A stretch of 64,000 bases of DNA from Saccostrea cucullata (lineage: Eukaryota), in contig NW_026924258.1 in the NCBI RefSeq assembly GCF_032062105.1, forward strand, positions 1 to 64,000. The letters are read 5' to 3'. Positions 37,501 through 50,300 of the stretch are shown here, one piece after another. The notes below the pieces were generated by a model that saw only the letters and a list, made by a program, of their open reading frames with translations, made no database searches and was not told where the DNA came from. The position numbers and the translations under genes are program-made. Within the stretch, counting starts at the first letter, position 1, and each line of letters opens with the position of its first letter.

Positions 37501-40500
37501 GTATATGTATTCTATTGATTAACCTTGAGTCAGACGTCTTTATATGCCTTTCATTTCTATGGAAAATTAATTTTCTTTTCTCTAATTCTAATATTAAAAA
37601 AATTCCCAGTGGGCCCCTTGTTCCTGCTGGCCATTTGATACACAGTTGTCTTGATTTAGAAAGGTTAATTGTGACGTTGGAGTAGAGTCAAGCAGCTTCA
37701 TGATTACGATCTCGTATAAAATGAGGGAGAAATAAAATAAGATGGACGCAAGAAAACATAAAACGGAGTGCAGCGTCGTAGTCTCCGGACTGATCAGGGC
37801 TAATTTTAGTTTGTAATGTATAAGTGCGATGTGTAGTAAACAACCTATTAAAAAATAAAACAAAGTACTTCTTGTGTTTTAAAATTATCACGAGTGATAT
37901 TGAACGTAATGACGAGAAGATATCAGATTGTAAAGTTTATTTTTATGAAAAAAATCTTTTGCTAATGAATATTATCTCATAAATGAGTCATTGACTAAGA
38001 ATTTCTAGGTCTCTGTGTAACCAATTTGATTTCATTTTCAGTTACAATGCATTAAAATAATACAATTCTGTTAGTACTCCGTTAAATATATGAATGTTAC
38101 GTCACTTTAAGTAATATTATTGAAATTATAAAGCCAGTGGCCCCTTAACCCAAGCCAAACTACTGGTATATAATTGTTCAGTTTAAACATTTTTCAACCT
38201 TGAAGCAAACTTATCATTCTTCGTGTATTCCTTTAATCTGTGTCAATCTTCGAATTCTGCAGTCAAAAATAAAAGAAATGTGGATTAATTAAAATATGCG
38301 TTGCTACGTCGAGAATGGTGAGCTTATAAGAAACCCTGATATCAAACGTCGCCACTCATTTGAAGTGAAGTTATTGTAAACATTTTACGCAGTTGTATTA
38401 TCATCCTAGATTTCTGAACATCTGTTCAAAATTTATTATTTAATGTTTGTTAAGGCCGTGTGTCCCAAACTAAAAATAGATAATTCTATGAGGGACTTAT
38501 TATTCAGTATTTCCTTTATATTGGTTCAAATAATTTTTCGAAAAATGCTTTTCCGATTCAAAAAATCAAAGAAATTACATTTTTTTTCTTAATAAAAAAA
38601 ACACTATCCCGAATTTGTATTGATTGAATGGTTATGAATAAACTATAAATCATTAAATGAAAGCTATTTTGAAAATCTTTCGAAAGTCATTGAAATTTTT
38701 TTTTCAAAAAGAACGAGTTAGACATTTGTTCTTGCGGCCAAATCAAACTTGAGACGTTTAAGGTGATTTGTGATTTTCCCTTCGCGCTCTAAATTAGAAG
38801 CCATGTACACATACGCTAGTATCGCGAGGAGGGAGGGGGGGGGGGCACATCCATATTTTTGAAAACATAACATTTTCATTCGTTGAAAAGCTGAATGCCC
38901 CTACCCCTCCCTTTGCTGCTTAGTTAAAACATGGTATTTTATTAATATATTTCAAAATTTGTTGTTTCTAAAAGAAAGTTGTATCCTACCCTCCCCCTTA
39001 CCCCTCCAAGAAATCAACTTATAAATAAGTTTTGGTAATTGCAGTTCATTTTCATGAATTGCTATGACCGAGTTAACCCTCATGCATATGTCAAAACTAC
39101 TGACACTAATGTAATACTCTTTATCAGATGACAACTCATCAAGAGTGAAACAACAAAAGTATTTTTTTAATAATCACATTTTGAACATTCTTATGATCTT
39201 TGCATGTAAAATATTTTTTTTTACTGAATGTACACGTACCCCCCAGGTCAAGAAGTTTCTAATATTAAATAAAATTTTTATCAAATAGAAGAAAATAATC
39301 AAATTGCACACAGTTTTGATTTCAAGTTAAGTTTTAATTTTTTAATGCATTTGAACTCGGAAGTAATTTTTCAAATTTTAATTTTTGTAGGCATTTGTAC
39401 CCAGAAGAGAGCACTACCGGATCCTAAATCATTTGATGGAATGATGGCAGCCATTTCTTTACCCACAATGCAACAAGAGAACTTCCAGAAAATGTGTTTA
39501 CAAAGTATGAAATTATTCTTTTTTTCAAAGAAGTTTGAATGAGAAAAGAGTGTCACAATCAATTGTTGATTAATTTTTATTCTTCCTTTTTGCTGATATG
39601 ATAAAATAGAGTGTAAAAGGTTCTTATTTTCACGGACATGTTATATACATGTATATGTATTTTTTTAAATTAGTAACTTGTGTATACATAAAGAATTAAG
39701 GAGGCTGGGTGTGCCAACAAATTAACTATGAGTTTTAACTGATTTTTTTTTAGATATATCTTAAGCTGTCAACTCTCATTTAGGAAAGAAAAAATTCATA
39801 CATTTTATTTTTACATTTGATCATTTTTGTATATCTTTATCTGGAGCTCTTCTTCTATAAGGAGATCAATATAGTCTGAAAGTAGCCACAAACATCCAGC
39901 CCTTTTAAAAAAGTTAACTTATAAATAGATCTTCGTTGACAATGAAAACAACCTGAACAAAATTTTCAGATGATTAATATGATAAATATACATTTTCTCA
40001 TATCTTACATAGTATTCTGAAATAAAGTGATTTTTATTCAAAATAAGTGTGTACCCTATATCATTAGGCATTCCTAAATGATGAATAAAACAAAACAGTT
40101 TTTATTTTTAAGTAATTAGGGAAAACGTACAGCTTCATGGTAGGAAAAGACAAACATGTACTTATTTTGTTCAATGCTTCGCTACAAAAATCTGATAATT
40201 TATAGCCATTTTGTCAATGATTTACAGATTTTTTTTCTCCGAATCAATGTTTGTCTAAGGGCAAAACTTTTTTATATCAGGTTTCTATTATTTCGACAAG
40301 CTCTTTAGTGTAGCCGTATCTTTAATTCTGAGTTCATTTAGGATAGTATCGAAAACTCCATTTAATTGATGGAATCAGGAACAGTAAATAAATGGACAAT
40401 CGGAAAAATGAGACGCACACAAAAGCCGCCAGAGGGCGCGAGATTGAACATTGATGGGATGTCAATTTTCTCGGCTTAGCACGTGCCTTTTTGTCTATAA

Positions 40501-41404
40501 ATAGCCCCTATCTTACTTGTAACTTCTTGGCAGGGAAATTCGGATACATAAAAAAAATCTGGCAGATTTTTTTTCTTGGAGACAAGATGTTTAAAAAATC
40601 AATACAAAAGTGAAATTTTGAAAGAAACAAAAATCTGGCTAGACGATTTCTAAGGTTTGGCAAACGAATCATTATCTGATAAGAATACACATATTCAATA
40701 CAGTCATTCAGTTAGAGAGAGACTTATTTGCATTTCAAACTATTTCCGTTTTGCTCCGCGTTAGATAGTTTGTGACACCCTAATCAGGGCTTATCTTTTT
40801 GTACATTAAACACAGTGAACCTAAAAAGTGGAATAACAGATCCATAAATACCCGAGATCTCGTTCAGATCTCGCGTAATTATGTTAATTAACTTACCAAC
40901 AGATAGTTTTAAATGTGTGTAGACGATGGGATTTTCTTGTTTAATGTTCGTATCAGGCTATTTAAATATAAATTGTAAAAAATAATGCACATTACCGCAG
41001 ATTTACGAAGGTGTAAAAATAGCATATTTATACTCGGTGTGAATTACACGTAGTGCATGTGTGATATATTCATGGAGAGAAATTCATATTCCTTTTGAAA
41101 AGCGCAAGATGTGTGACAAAAAACTATTTAATAAATTGTTAAAAAATCAATTTGGCTACATGGATATGCGTAATGCTGTTGCAAGCTTTTATTTGTATTT
41201 TAAAATTATTTGTGTTAAGTTCTCTATTTAGGTATTATATATGTAGGTAACGCTTTCTAAAAAAAACAACAAATTATACATATGTTTCTTGGTAGTTTGC
41301 ATTAGCATCCCAGTATAAATGTACGTAGCGGATGTAGTAATATTGAAAGGGGGTGGGGCATTTCTGGGTCGGGGCACACATCCACATCCAAAAAAAAATT
41401 ATTA

Positions 41405-41454
<50 letters not shown>

Positions 41455-42336
41455 AAAGACCCGGGCCATCTGGGCCCCTTTTAAATCTTTCAGGGACTAC
41501 GACATGCAGCTCTCCTACCCAAGTTGAAGCGTTTTTGTATTTCAAGATTTGGCCATTAAAAGTTTTCTTTATGTTTACCGTTCGCTTGCGCATTAATTGG
41601 TTATTAACACCGAATATGAAAACTAACATAAAAATTAGGAGACCTGAAATTGATAATTGTGATCTGAATCTATGAACTTTGTCATTTTCTGTAATGATCT
41701 TATTATATAATGTAAGGTATATTTTGAGCATTTTATACCTTGATTTTGCTGAAGTATATATATCTTTCTACAAGAAAAATAAATTTATGAATTATGATAA
41801 AAATCCTTTCATTTGAATAACTTTTTTAAATGACTGTTAAGTTAGTGCCCCTCTCCCTAAATAGGTTGGTAGGTTGGTTAGTTATTGAAAGATGGGTGGA
41901 AGCTAGGCACAAAAAAAAAATTGGAAAGGTCTTTTATGGCAAAATGCAGATTTTTATCTCCAAATGATTTACATTGTACAATAATTTAGAAGTATTTTGA
42001 ATTTTTTTTCAGATATACCAACACAGGTTTTACTTCAAGAAGTTTATACTCGAATGGGAAAAGAAGATGCGTCAGTATATAATTCTCTCTTTCTCTCTCA
42101 AACTCTGTATGAACGGATCAGTTGATTTAAAATCGATTTACATCGAAAGCACACCCCATTAAGTCTCTCTCTCTCTCAATATTTTGTTCTTTATTTGTAG
42201 AATGAGTAAAACATTTCCCGAACCTGTTGATCCCATCGAACCAGAATTACAACGGACATCACATGAGGATAGTAGTATCAGGACACAAAAACGTAGGGGA
42301 AGAAATCGAATTTCCGGATTTTACAGTAATTGGTAG
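36167..42336 (+). CDS. Gene D: small secreted prepropeptide / neuropeptide-like precursor (118 aa, 4 coding exons)
   Basis: Exons 36167-36215 (MVSKLFWLLVSTLISL, G|GTAAGT), 39391-39504, 42013-42070 and 42201-42336 join in frame (357 nt): MVSKLFWLLVSTLISLGICTQKRALPDPKSFDGMMAAISLPTMQQENFQKMCLQNIPTQVLLQEVYTRMGKEDAMSKTFPEPVDPIEPELQRTSHEDSSIRTQKRRGRNRISGFYSNW*. AATAAA at 42368. Confidence 0.72.
36226..36277. repeat. (CT)n microsatellite
   Basis: Pure TC dinucleotide run just after the first donor of gene D; another lies at about 37467-37497. Confidence 0.95.
36843..37041. mobile_element. MITE
   Basis: CAGGCCCGAGGATCATGAAACA..CTTAAGTCAAA / TTTGACTTAAG..TGTTTCATAACCCTGGGGCCAG. Confidence 0.6.
41408..41452. 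repeat. (TA)n microsatellite
   Basis: Pure AT dinucleotide run. Confidence 0.95.
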
Positions 42337-44325
42337 ACAAACTTTAAAAGATTCTACCACTGAGAACAATAAAGAAATCTCTGTGTTATTAAAGTATTTA
42401 TGATGTATGCTCGTTAAATAAATGATAAATGCATAATTCTTCCTTGATTTTTTTTTCTTCATACAATGCATATGGGTAATTAAAACTTTATACAACATGT
42501 CCTTTTCATTAAAAATCTATGTTTGAAAAAAAAGATCAAACATGTACACTGTAATAAGTAGAGACTGTCGTCTTCACTCTGAATTTGAATGGGTGAACAT
42601 TAATTATTGCCTTCCTCGGAAGGACGAATACAAAATTGACCGGAGACTGTCTAATTTTGATTGGTGGAAATTACTAGATGCGAAAACTTTCAATTATTTC
42701 ATTGGTTGAAATGCTGTTCAGGCAAAGGGATATAATTTTCTGGTGATTAATGTTTTTAATCATAAAAGAATTTACAAAACGAACAGAAGAAAAGGTCAAA
42801 AAAAGAATCTAAATAATCCTTTTTTTAAATACTTTAATGTCAAGTGGTTCAATATCTTCATGGTAAATACAAATGTTTATTACTCCATCAAACCATTAAA
42901 GCGGTTTCATTGTTTTCCAAATGGATGAAAATGTCTGTAAAAAGCTATTAAAAATCCAGAGCAAAGATAAGCTTTAGGATAATATGCATAGTACAGTTTA
43001 CTTCTTATTTTTGCTAAAAACAGCAAAGCCTTTTGAAAAAGCGTTTACTTGTTCGTCTATCAAAATCCATCTGTGTATATGGCACTGAATAATGCTGTAT
43101 GCGTGTTGACCAATCGGAGAGTGTGTTATAAAAAGAAGTAAACGTATTCAGTTGTTTTATTATATTTTATTTATGACAAATCACTCATAAGTCACATTCA
43201 CTCATAGGGCCCTATCAAACAACCACATTCTTACTATTGTACAACAAAAATAATCATCTCTCATTTTATCGTCCATCAAGAACGGTCTAAAACATATCAA
43301 AAACAAAAGGGCGGATATTTCCGGAACACAAACTTCCATTGTATCACTTGTTATACAGAAAGACCTATTGCTTCGCATATCGAAATATTGTCGTACAAAT
43401 TTTTTGTCTAGTATTTTCTAAATAATAGTTGATTATAGATAAATAAATGTTATTGTGCTTACATATAATAAATAATAATAAATCAGATACATTGATATAA
43501 TGTATATCAAATTTTGCGTATCTAAATGTCTACAAATTTAATCATTAAGTGGTTGAAGTAACTGTTTACATATGAATACGTGTTTGAGAATTGTACTCAA
43601 AAAATCACAAGTGACAAAAAATCATTGGCTAAGTGATAAACTTCAGTAATTACTCCGTATTATCTATATATAGACGAATACTTTTTATATATCGATGTAA
43701 TTGATGGGCCTATTTTATGGCAGCGTTTTATTTGACGTGGTGTAAAAGGTCTCGTGCGTGACACATAACCACGATGCATCTATATCCCGGCGCCTATCAT
43801 TAGCAGTCACTTTACCTATATTGTAAGGAGAAAGACCGCAGCTATGGCAAAAATGCTGCCCACTGGACATCAAACGGTATGCAGCCATAAAATGGTTTAG
43901 ATAAACAGACTGATGTACAAAAAGTGCAGGCATTTATGTATTCGATCAAATACATTTTCTATTTAGAATACCGACGAAAAATCTTACACTTGACAGTAAA
44001 ATCGTATTTTTAAGATATCGTACCTGTGCAGCCTTCGAAAAACATACTAGTATGTTAAATAACTTGATAAATGCGAAATACACTTAAACACAATTTGAAC
44101 ATGACTTTGCGAGAACACAGCTAGAGCAATCTTGCAGAAATATTTCCCGGATTTCATTTCTATATATATTGCGCAAATTACACTAAACGTTACAATGATT
44201 TCGATTTTTTTCTTCAAACTTAAACAATTTTTTTTACTGACGACAGTTAACCAGAATAATAACTTTAAAAATTCTGTGTAACCTGATTAAAAAAATACAA
44301 TATTTCATATTGCACTGTAAAACTT

Positions 44326-47300
44326 TTAGAATCCCAAAGCCTCCACAATCGCGTGCATTACACGCCCTCTATTGGCTGGACCACCCCTTCTTCCCCCTCC
44401 GGCTCCACCTCGCGCCCCGGGACCAAGGCCTAGTTCAGCCGCTTCCGCAGGATCCATCATCATTCCAGCTAACCTTGCTAGATCTCCAAATCCTCCACCA
44501 CCGCCTCGCCTTCGGCCTCCTCCTCCTCCCCACATTCCGCCGCCCCCTCCGGCTCCCCATCCTCCACCGCCACCACCTGCTGCTTGTCCTTGCTGACCTG
44601 CAGGAACATCACCAGCTTCAGGAGCAAGACCGAGCACCTCTTGCCATTGTCTGGACATCCTTCGGCCGCCTCCTCGTCCTCCTGCCGGAGGCCCCCAAGG
44701 ATCAGGACCTGGCTGTGCCCACGGGTCTGCAGCTCCTGCTGCTCCACCGGCCCTTCCTCCTCCTGGGCCCCAAGGATCGGCTGCACCAGCACCACCTGCT
44801 CCTCCCCAGGGATCTGCACCACCACCAGCCACATTCCATGGATCTGCTGCACCCCAGCCGCCTGCCCCACCGCCGGCGCCGCCCATAGCGCCACCTCGTC
44901 TCCGGGCGCCAGCTGCTGGCGGATCTGGGGGTTCAGGAGCTAATCCTAACATCGTGATAAGCTGCTTACTCATGGCAGTTTCTACTGCTCTTTGTACCGG
45001 GTCTGGAGTTGTAGGTGGGGGTGGTGGTTGGTAATTTGATCCGGAACCACCTGACGCAGTGTTGTTGTTGTAATATGCATATTGGTCTTGTCTCTGTCGT
45101 CTTTGCTGTTCTTGACGCTTTCGAATCTGACTTCTGTATCCTTTCCCGACTATATACGGATCCCGTGGGTAGCTTCGTCGTCTTGGGAGCCGAAGGAATC
45201 TTCTCAGCTCTGGTAAAATGTTCAGGACGGCTGTACTTACGGATCCCTTGAGATGGGCAGGATTGATGTTCATGGATCTGAGGAAGTCGGCACCAGTGGC
45301 GTAAAGAAGTGTCATTATGGTTTGTTGGTTTTGTCCCATTGAGCGTATCATGCTTAACATGACGTTTCTGAAATGAAATAATGAAATTTAGATATATGTT
45401 ATTTTATACAGGAAATACAAATGAAAAATCTTTTGTTAAAATGTAACCAGTTTTCTATCAATTTGCAATCGATCGTTAAAAATGAAACACACTTGTTGAG
45501 CGCGTAAAATTAACAAATTTAACAAAATGTTTTATCAGAATTACGAAAAATACGAAGGTCATTCAAAAAGTTCGTAGACTTTTATCCTAACTTTTTTATT
45601 TAACGTCATATTATATCCAAATTTGGTACAAATATTTTAACAACGGAGCACCGTCAAAATTGAATATTTTTCTAATTTTCACTTTATAGTATTTACAGCT
45701 ATACCTCTAATAAATGAAGCTGAAACGAAATAAAATTTACATGTTTAAATAAAGTATTGTTGTATTAATTAAAATGAAATCAGGTTATGTAATATCTCGC
45801 TCCATTTAAAAGACATCAGCTTCTAAATACATAAGGACTTGATTGAAAAAGGCAAAAAGCCATGACGTTGGAGGACGTCACGGAGCAGCAAGTAGCAATA
45901 AAATTAGACTTTACATTCGGGAAACTTCTTCTACAAGCTTAAAAATCTATTTAAACCAGGATCTGTATGAAAAATAATCCGTGTGTTTGTATTAAATTAA
46001 AAATACAATTTTTGAGTGGTATCGAGTTTGAATCGGACGATGAATTGTCTGCAAAGAAACAGGTTAAAGATAAAAATATTGTCAAAAGAGTTAGGAACGT
46101 CATTGAACGTGATGTGTGCTTCAGTGTTGCAGAAATAATAGAGTTGCATAGTAATTTAAAGAATTTGAAAATAATAACATTCTTATTCAAGCTATATTTG
46201 TACAATTGTTAGCAAACTAGGTGTTAAGTGTTGTGGATATGTGTTTTATGGATAAAACTACAAACCGTGTTAGAAATAAAAAAAAATGAGTATACTTCTG
46301 ACAAACTTTCTCTGCGTCGTTGTTTACGTTACAATATTGGATAACCGTGCTCCGTGGTAACAAAACTTGTTGCTTTAAATTTTGGCTAACATGAGTTCTA
46401 TTTAATCAAATGGAATGAAACTTCTCACTTCGACAAAATAAATGTTTATGTTTACGAAAATGTATTGATCTACAATCTTGTAATAATCATATGACGATGA
46501 GAAGCATTGTCTACGTATTTTTTGAATGACCCTCGTACATCTTTACAAATCAAGCAAGAAAACCTAAATCTTCTATAGTCTTGGCTACTTTAACTTTTAT
46601 TATGCTTTATCCCCTTAACAAAGCGTTCGTAATCAAATACATGTAGTTTGCCGGGTTATTGCCATCGTAACGCTACCTCGACCGATCTTCACGTCTCTCA
46701 CCTTGATATTGGATCCACAGACTCGGGGGTCAGATCCTTAACGTCAATAATAACGGGAGGTTCTGTTGGGATCGGGGTTGTTGTAGTTGGAGCCATTGTT
46801 GTGGTAGTTGGTGGAGGTACATTAACTGGAATATCGAACCGAGAGGACCCGACTTCAAGGAAGTTATTCCATTTATTGACATTGTTTCCCATGGACTGGG
46901 TGTCAATATTTATCTGAGTGTTCATCGAGTTCATTTTATTAGCAGAGGATTCTACTCCTAGACCCCAGGCAGCCTGGCTAGATTCTGTAGGAATCGCTTG
47001 TACATTATTGGAAGATTGCATCATGTTAGATGAACTAGAAGAAAAGGATCCACGGCCGCCGCCAGATTGGAATGAATTGGTTGAGTCAAATGTGTTAAAT
47101 GAGTCTGAAACGCTTGTCTTATATGACTTTGAAGAACCCATAGTATCGAAAGAGCCAGCTGCTCCAACTGTATTAGACTTGTCGTAATTATTAACAACGG
47201 AACTGCTACTATATGACAAAGAACCACCAGTCGAAACGCCCCTGCCTTGTGAAGATGCGTCAACTCCACCTGCTCCCACTTGGAACCCAGATAGTGATTG

Positions 47301-50300
47301 AAGGTTAACGAAAGAGGCGTCCCAAGGGGTAGTGGCCTGTGTTGTTGTAGTTGGACGTCTTCTGGTAGTTGTAGGTGGTGGAGCGGCAGTCGTTAAAGGT
47401 GATGGAGCTCTTGTGGTGGGCACTGGTGGCGGGCGTGTAGGAGGCGGTTGTACAACTGGCTGTTTAACCTCTTGAACTCTAACCTCTTTTGTTAATGAAC
47501 CAGCTTTATGCATCTGTCCTCTTGAAGTTGTTTTTCCTTGGCTAGTTGAGGATGCAGATCTCGAGGATGATGAAGAAGAGGCTGAAATACTCTTTGAGGA
47601 AGAAAGGGAAGAGCTTGAAGAAGCTCCTGTATTTTCAACGGAGTAAGCTGCATCCCAAGCTCCTGCAGAATTTCCGATAGTTGACTCAATCGGCAAAGTA
47701 GGGTCTATGAAAGCAGCGTCCCATGAAGATCCAGAAGTTCCAGTCCCTATGTCCATTACAGAAGTTCCAGCACCTATGTCTATTCCACTATTTGCTGTAT
47801 TATCAAAGACGTATGTAGTGTCCCAAACATTATTAGCTGCTGTACCTAAGTTAGCAGTATCCATCATAAGATCAACGTTTCCTGTCAAAGCAGTGTTGCC
47901 CCATTCTGGCGCTATGTTACCCATTCCAATGGAATCAATCATACTGGCATCCATTGTTTGTCCATCTACAGCCATATTTCCAACACCAGTCATGTCCATA
48001 GCTGAGCCACCTGCAACGTTAAAGGAAGAGTCGACAGTTGTTGATGTTTTAGAGGATACAGTGTCAATTTTTGTTTTTTCAACTGCAGGTGCCTCTGTTT
48101 GCGGTGGTAATTGGGTTGCAGGTGCGGCTTCTTTTGTGATCTTTACTTGTGAAGAGGATTCCGAGGCAACATTTGTAGATTTATCTACTACGGTATCTCC
48201 ACGTTGCACTTCTATTTTATTTGTTGCTATTTTATCCTTTTTCACATCTCCTTGCACAACTTCACTAGCAGAAACCAAATTAGATTCTGTTTTTACCGAC
48301 GTTGACGAAGAACTTACAGATTTTTGAGTGTCAACCTTGTTTGCATTATCCAAAGTAGTAGCTGTTGGAGCTCCAGCAATTTGGTTAGTCATCTGAATCT
48401 TCATTGACTGATCTGTAGAATACGGGAATGTTTGTTTGCCGCCCATCTGAACTTTAAGCATGATATCCGTCAGAGCCTTAAACATATTGGCTAATATGGC
48501 ATTTGGATCCCGTGCTGTGTTCTTTGATTTTTCGGCCTGTGTATCAATTTTACTCTCACTTACAGTGCTAGTTTTCGTCGAAATAACAGTATTTTGATCT
48601 CCTTGAGACCTTGTCTTTGTGTTTCCACCTGTAACTGTTTGTTCCACGGATGCTGACATCAATGTTTTACTGTTTTCATTTCCACGTAATCCATCAACTT
48701 TATTTGCTGTTCTGCTTGTTTCTATAGTTGATTTTGAGTCTGTTTTTCCTTTGCTCGTAACTTCTGTATTAATTTTGCTTGTTTCTACAGCTGTCTTTCT
48801 TTCAGCTGTGGAGGAACCTTCTGTTTTTGTCACTTCAACAGTGTTGAATTGAGTATCTTTTGTCACTTCAGAGGTAGAAATTGATGAATGTGCAGATTTT
48901 CCTGTAATGCTTTGACTAGGAGCAAGCGATTGTGCTGTAACTGCTTTAAGCTGAGGGATAGGTCTGTCTCCCATATCAATTTGTTCATTAGTGGACACGA
49001 TGACTTGTTTAATTATAGGTGCTGGAGGTGGAGTTAATTTACTAGATGATTTTTCCGCAGATAATACAGTGTAAGAGGAATCCGATTGACCCGTCATTGA
49101 TTTTTCCACTTTTGAATTTGATTGAATTGAAGACGATTTCATTTCAGATAGAGATGATGATGACATAACTGAAATATCAGCGCCGTGAGTTAAGGGTTTA
49201 GATGCCTTTACCGGCTCTGTTGTAATTTCTTGTGTTGTTGGAGCTTCAGTTGTCGTAGTTGGGGCCTGTGTCGATGTTGTAGTCGTTGGTTCCTTTGTAG
49301 TTGTTGTTGAACGTCTAGTCGTCGTTGTTGGTGTTGTTGTTGGGGTTGTCGTTGGTGCTTGTGTGGTTGTTAGAACCTCTGTGGTCGTCGGTGCCATCGT
49401 AGTTGTCGTCGTAGCTTCTGTCGTTGTAGTAGATGTCGTAGTTGTGGCTTCCGTCGTAGTAGTTGGGGCGGCTGTTGTTGAAGTGGTAGGAGGAGGAGTG
49501 GTTTCTGGTAAAGAAGTTACGAATCCCATTCCAAACGTTGAGTCGTGTGCAACTTGGCCACCTGCAGAGAGAACTGGACCAACTTCTAAAGCTGTTGTAT
49601 CTGTCAATCGCAGGAGTGTATGGTCTATTCCACTAGGAATGATTCCAGCATCATAACCAGACGAAAGCGCGTGGCCACCAAAATTTGATGAAATCATGGA
49701 GCCTTGATTAACATTATCATTTGGGGAACCTTGAGAGAAACTTATATCAGCTGCTGATGATCCTGTGCCCCACTGGTCCAAACCGCTCATCATATTCGTG
49801 TCATATTGAACAAATGTACCAGTGTTTTGCATTCCTGGTGCACTATCAATCATCATATTTGGTTCCCCAGGAGGAAGGGGTATTGATTCCACTGGGCCTG
49901 CAGTCAAAAATTGTTCGCCAGCATTGCTTGCAAAAGAAGACTGAGATGTTAAAGATGAGGTTTGATCCAATAATAATGAATCCATTGTTTGGGCATTTGA
50001 TCCAGAGGTAGGTAACCAGGTATCACCTCCCATGTTTGGCTGAGGATCTGGTGGCAAATTAAAATTGAATTGATAAGGATCGTTCATGCCATACTGAAGC
50101 CCTAACCCTTGATTAAGTCCTTCTACGACCAAATTCTGATTTTGTTGTGCATTTTCTATACCATTTGAAATTCCCCATTGACTGCTACCTTGACCACCAA
50201 TGTTGATACTTCCCTTTATAAGAATTGGGTTTGAAATCAACTGATCATTGGTCTGTGCTGCTTGAGAAGTTTTCAAATTCGATCCACTGTCCGGTGGAAG

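Noticed and set aside
45967-46212. 81-aa ORF as a host gene
   Set aside because: It is a remnant of the mariner transposase between the TIRs.
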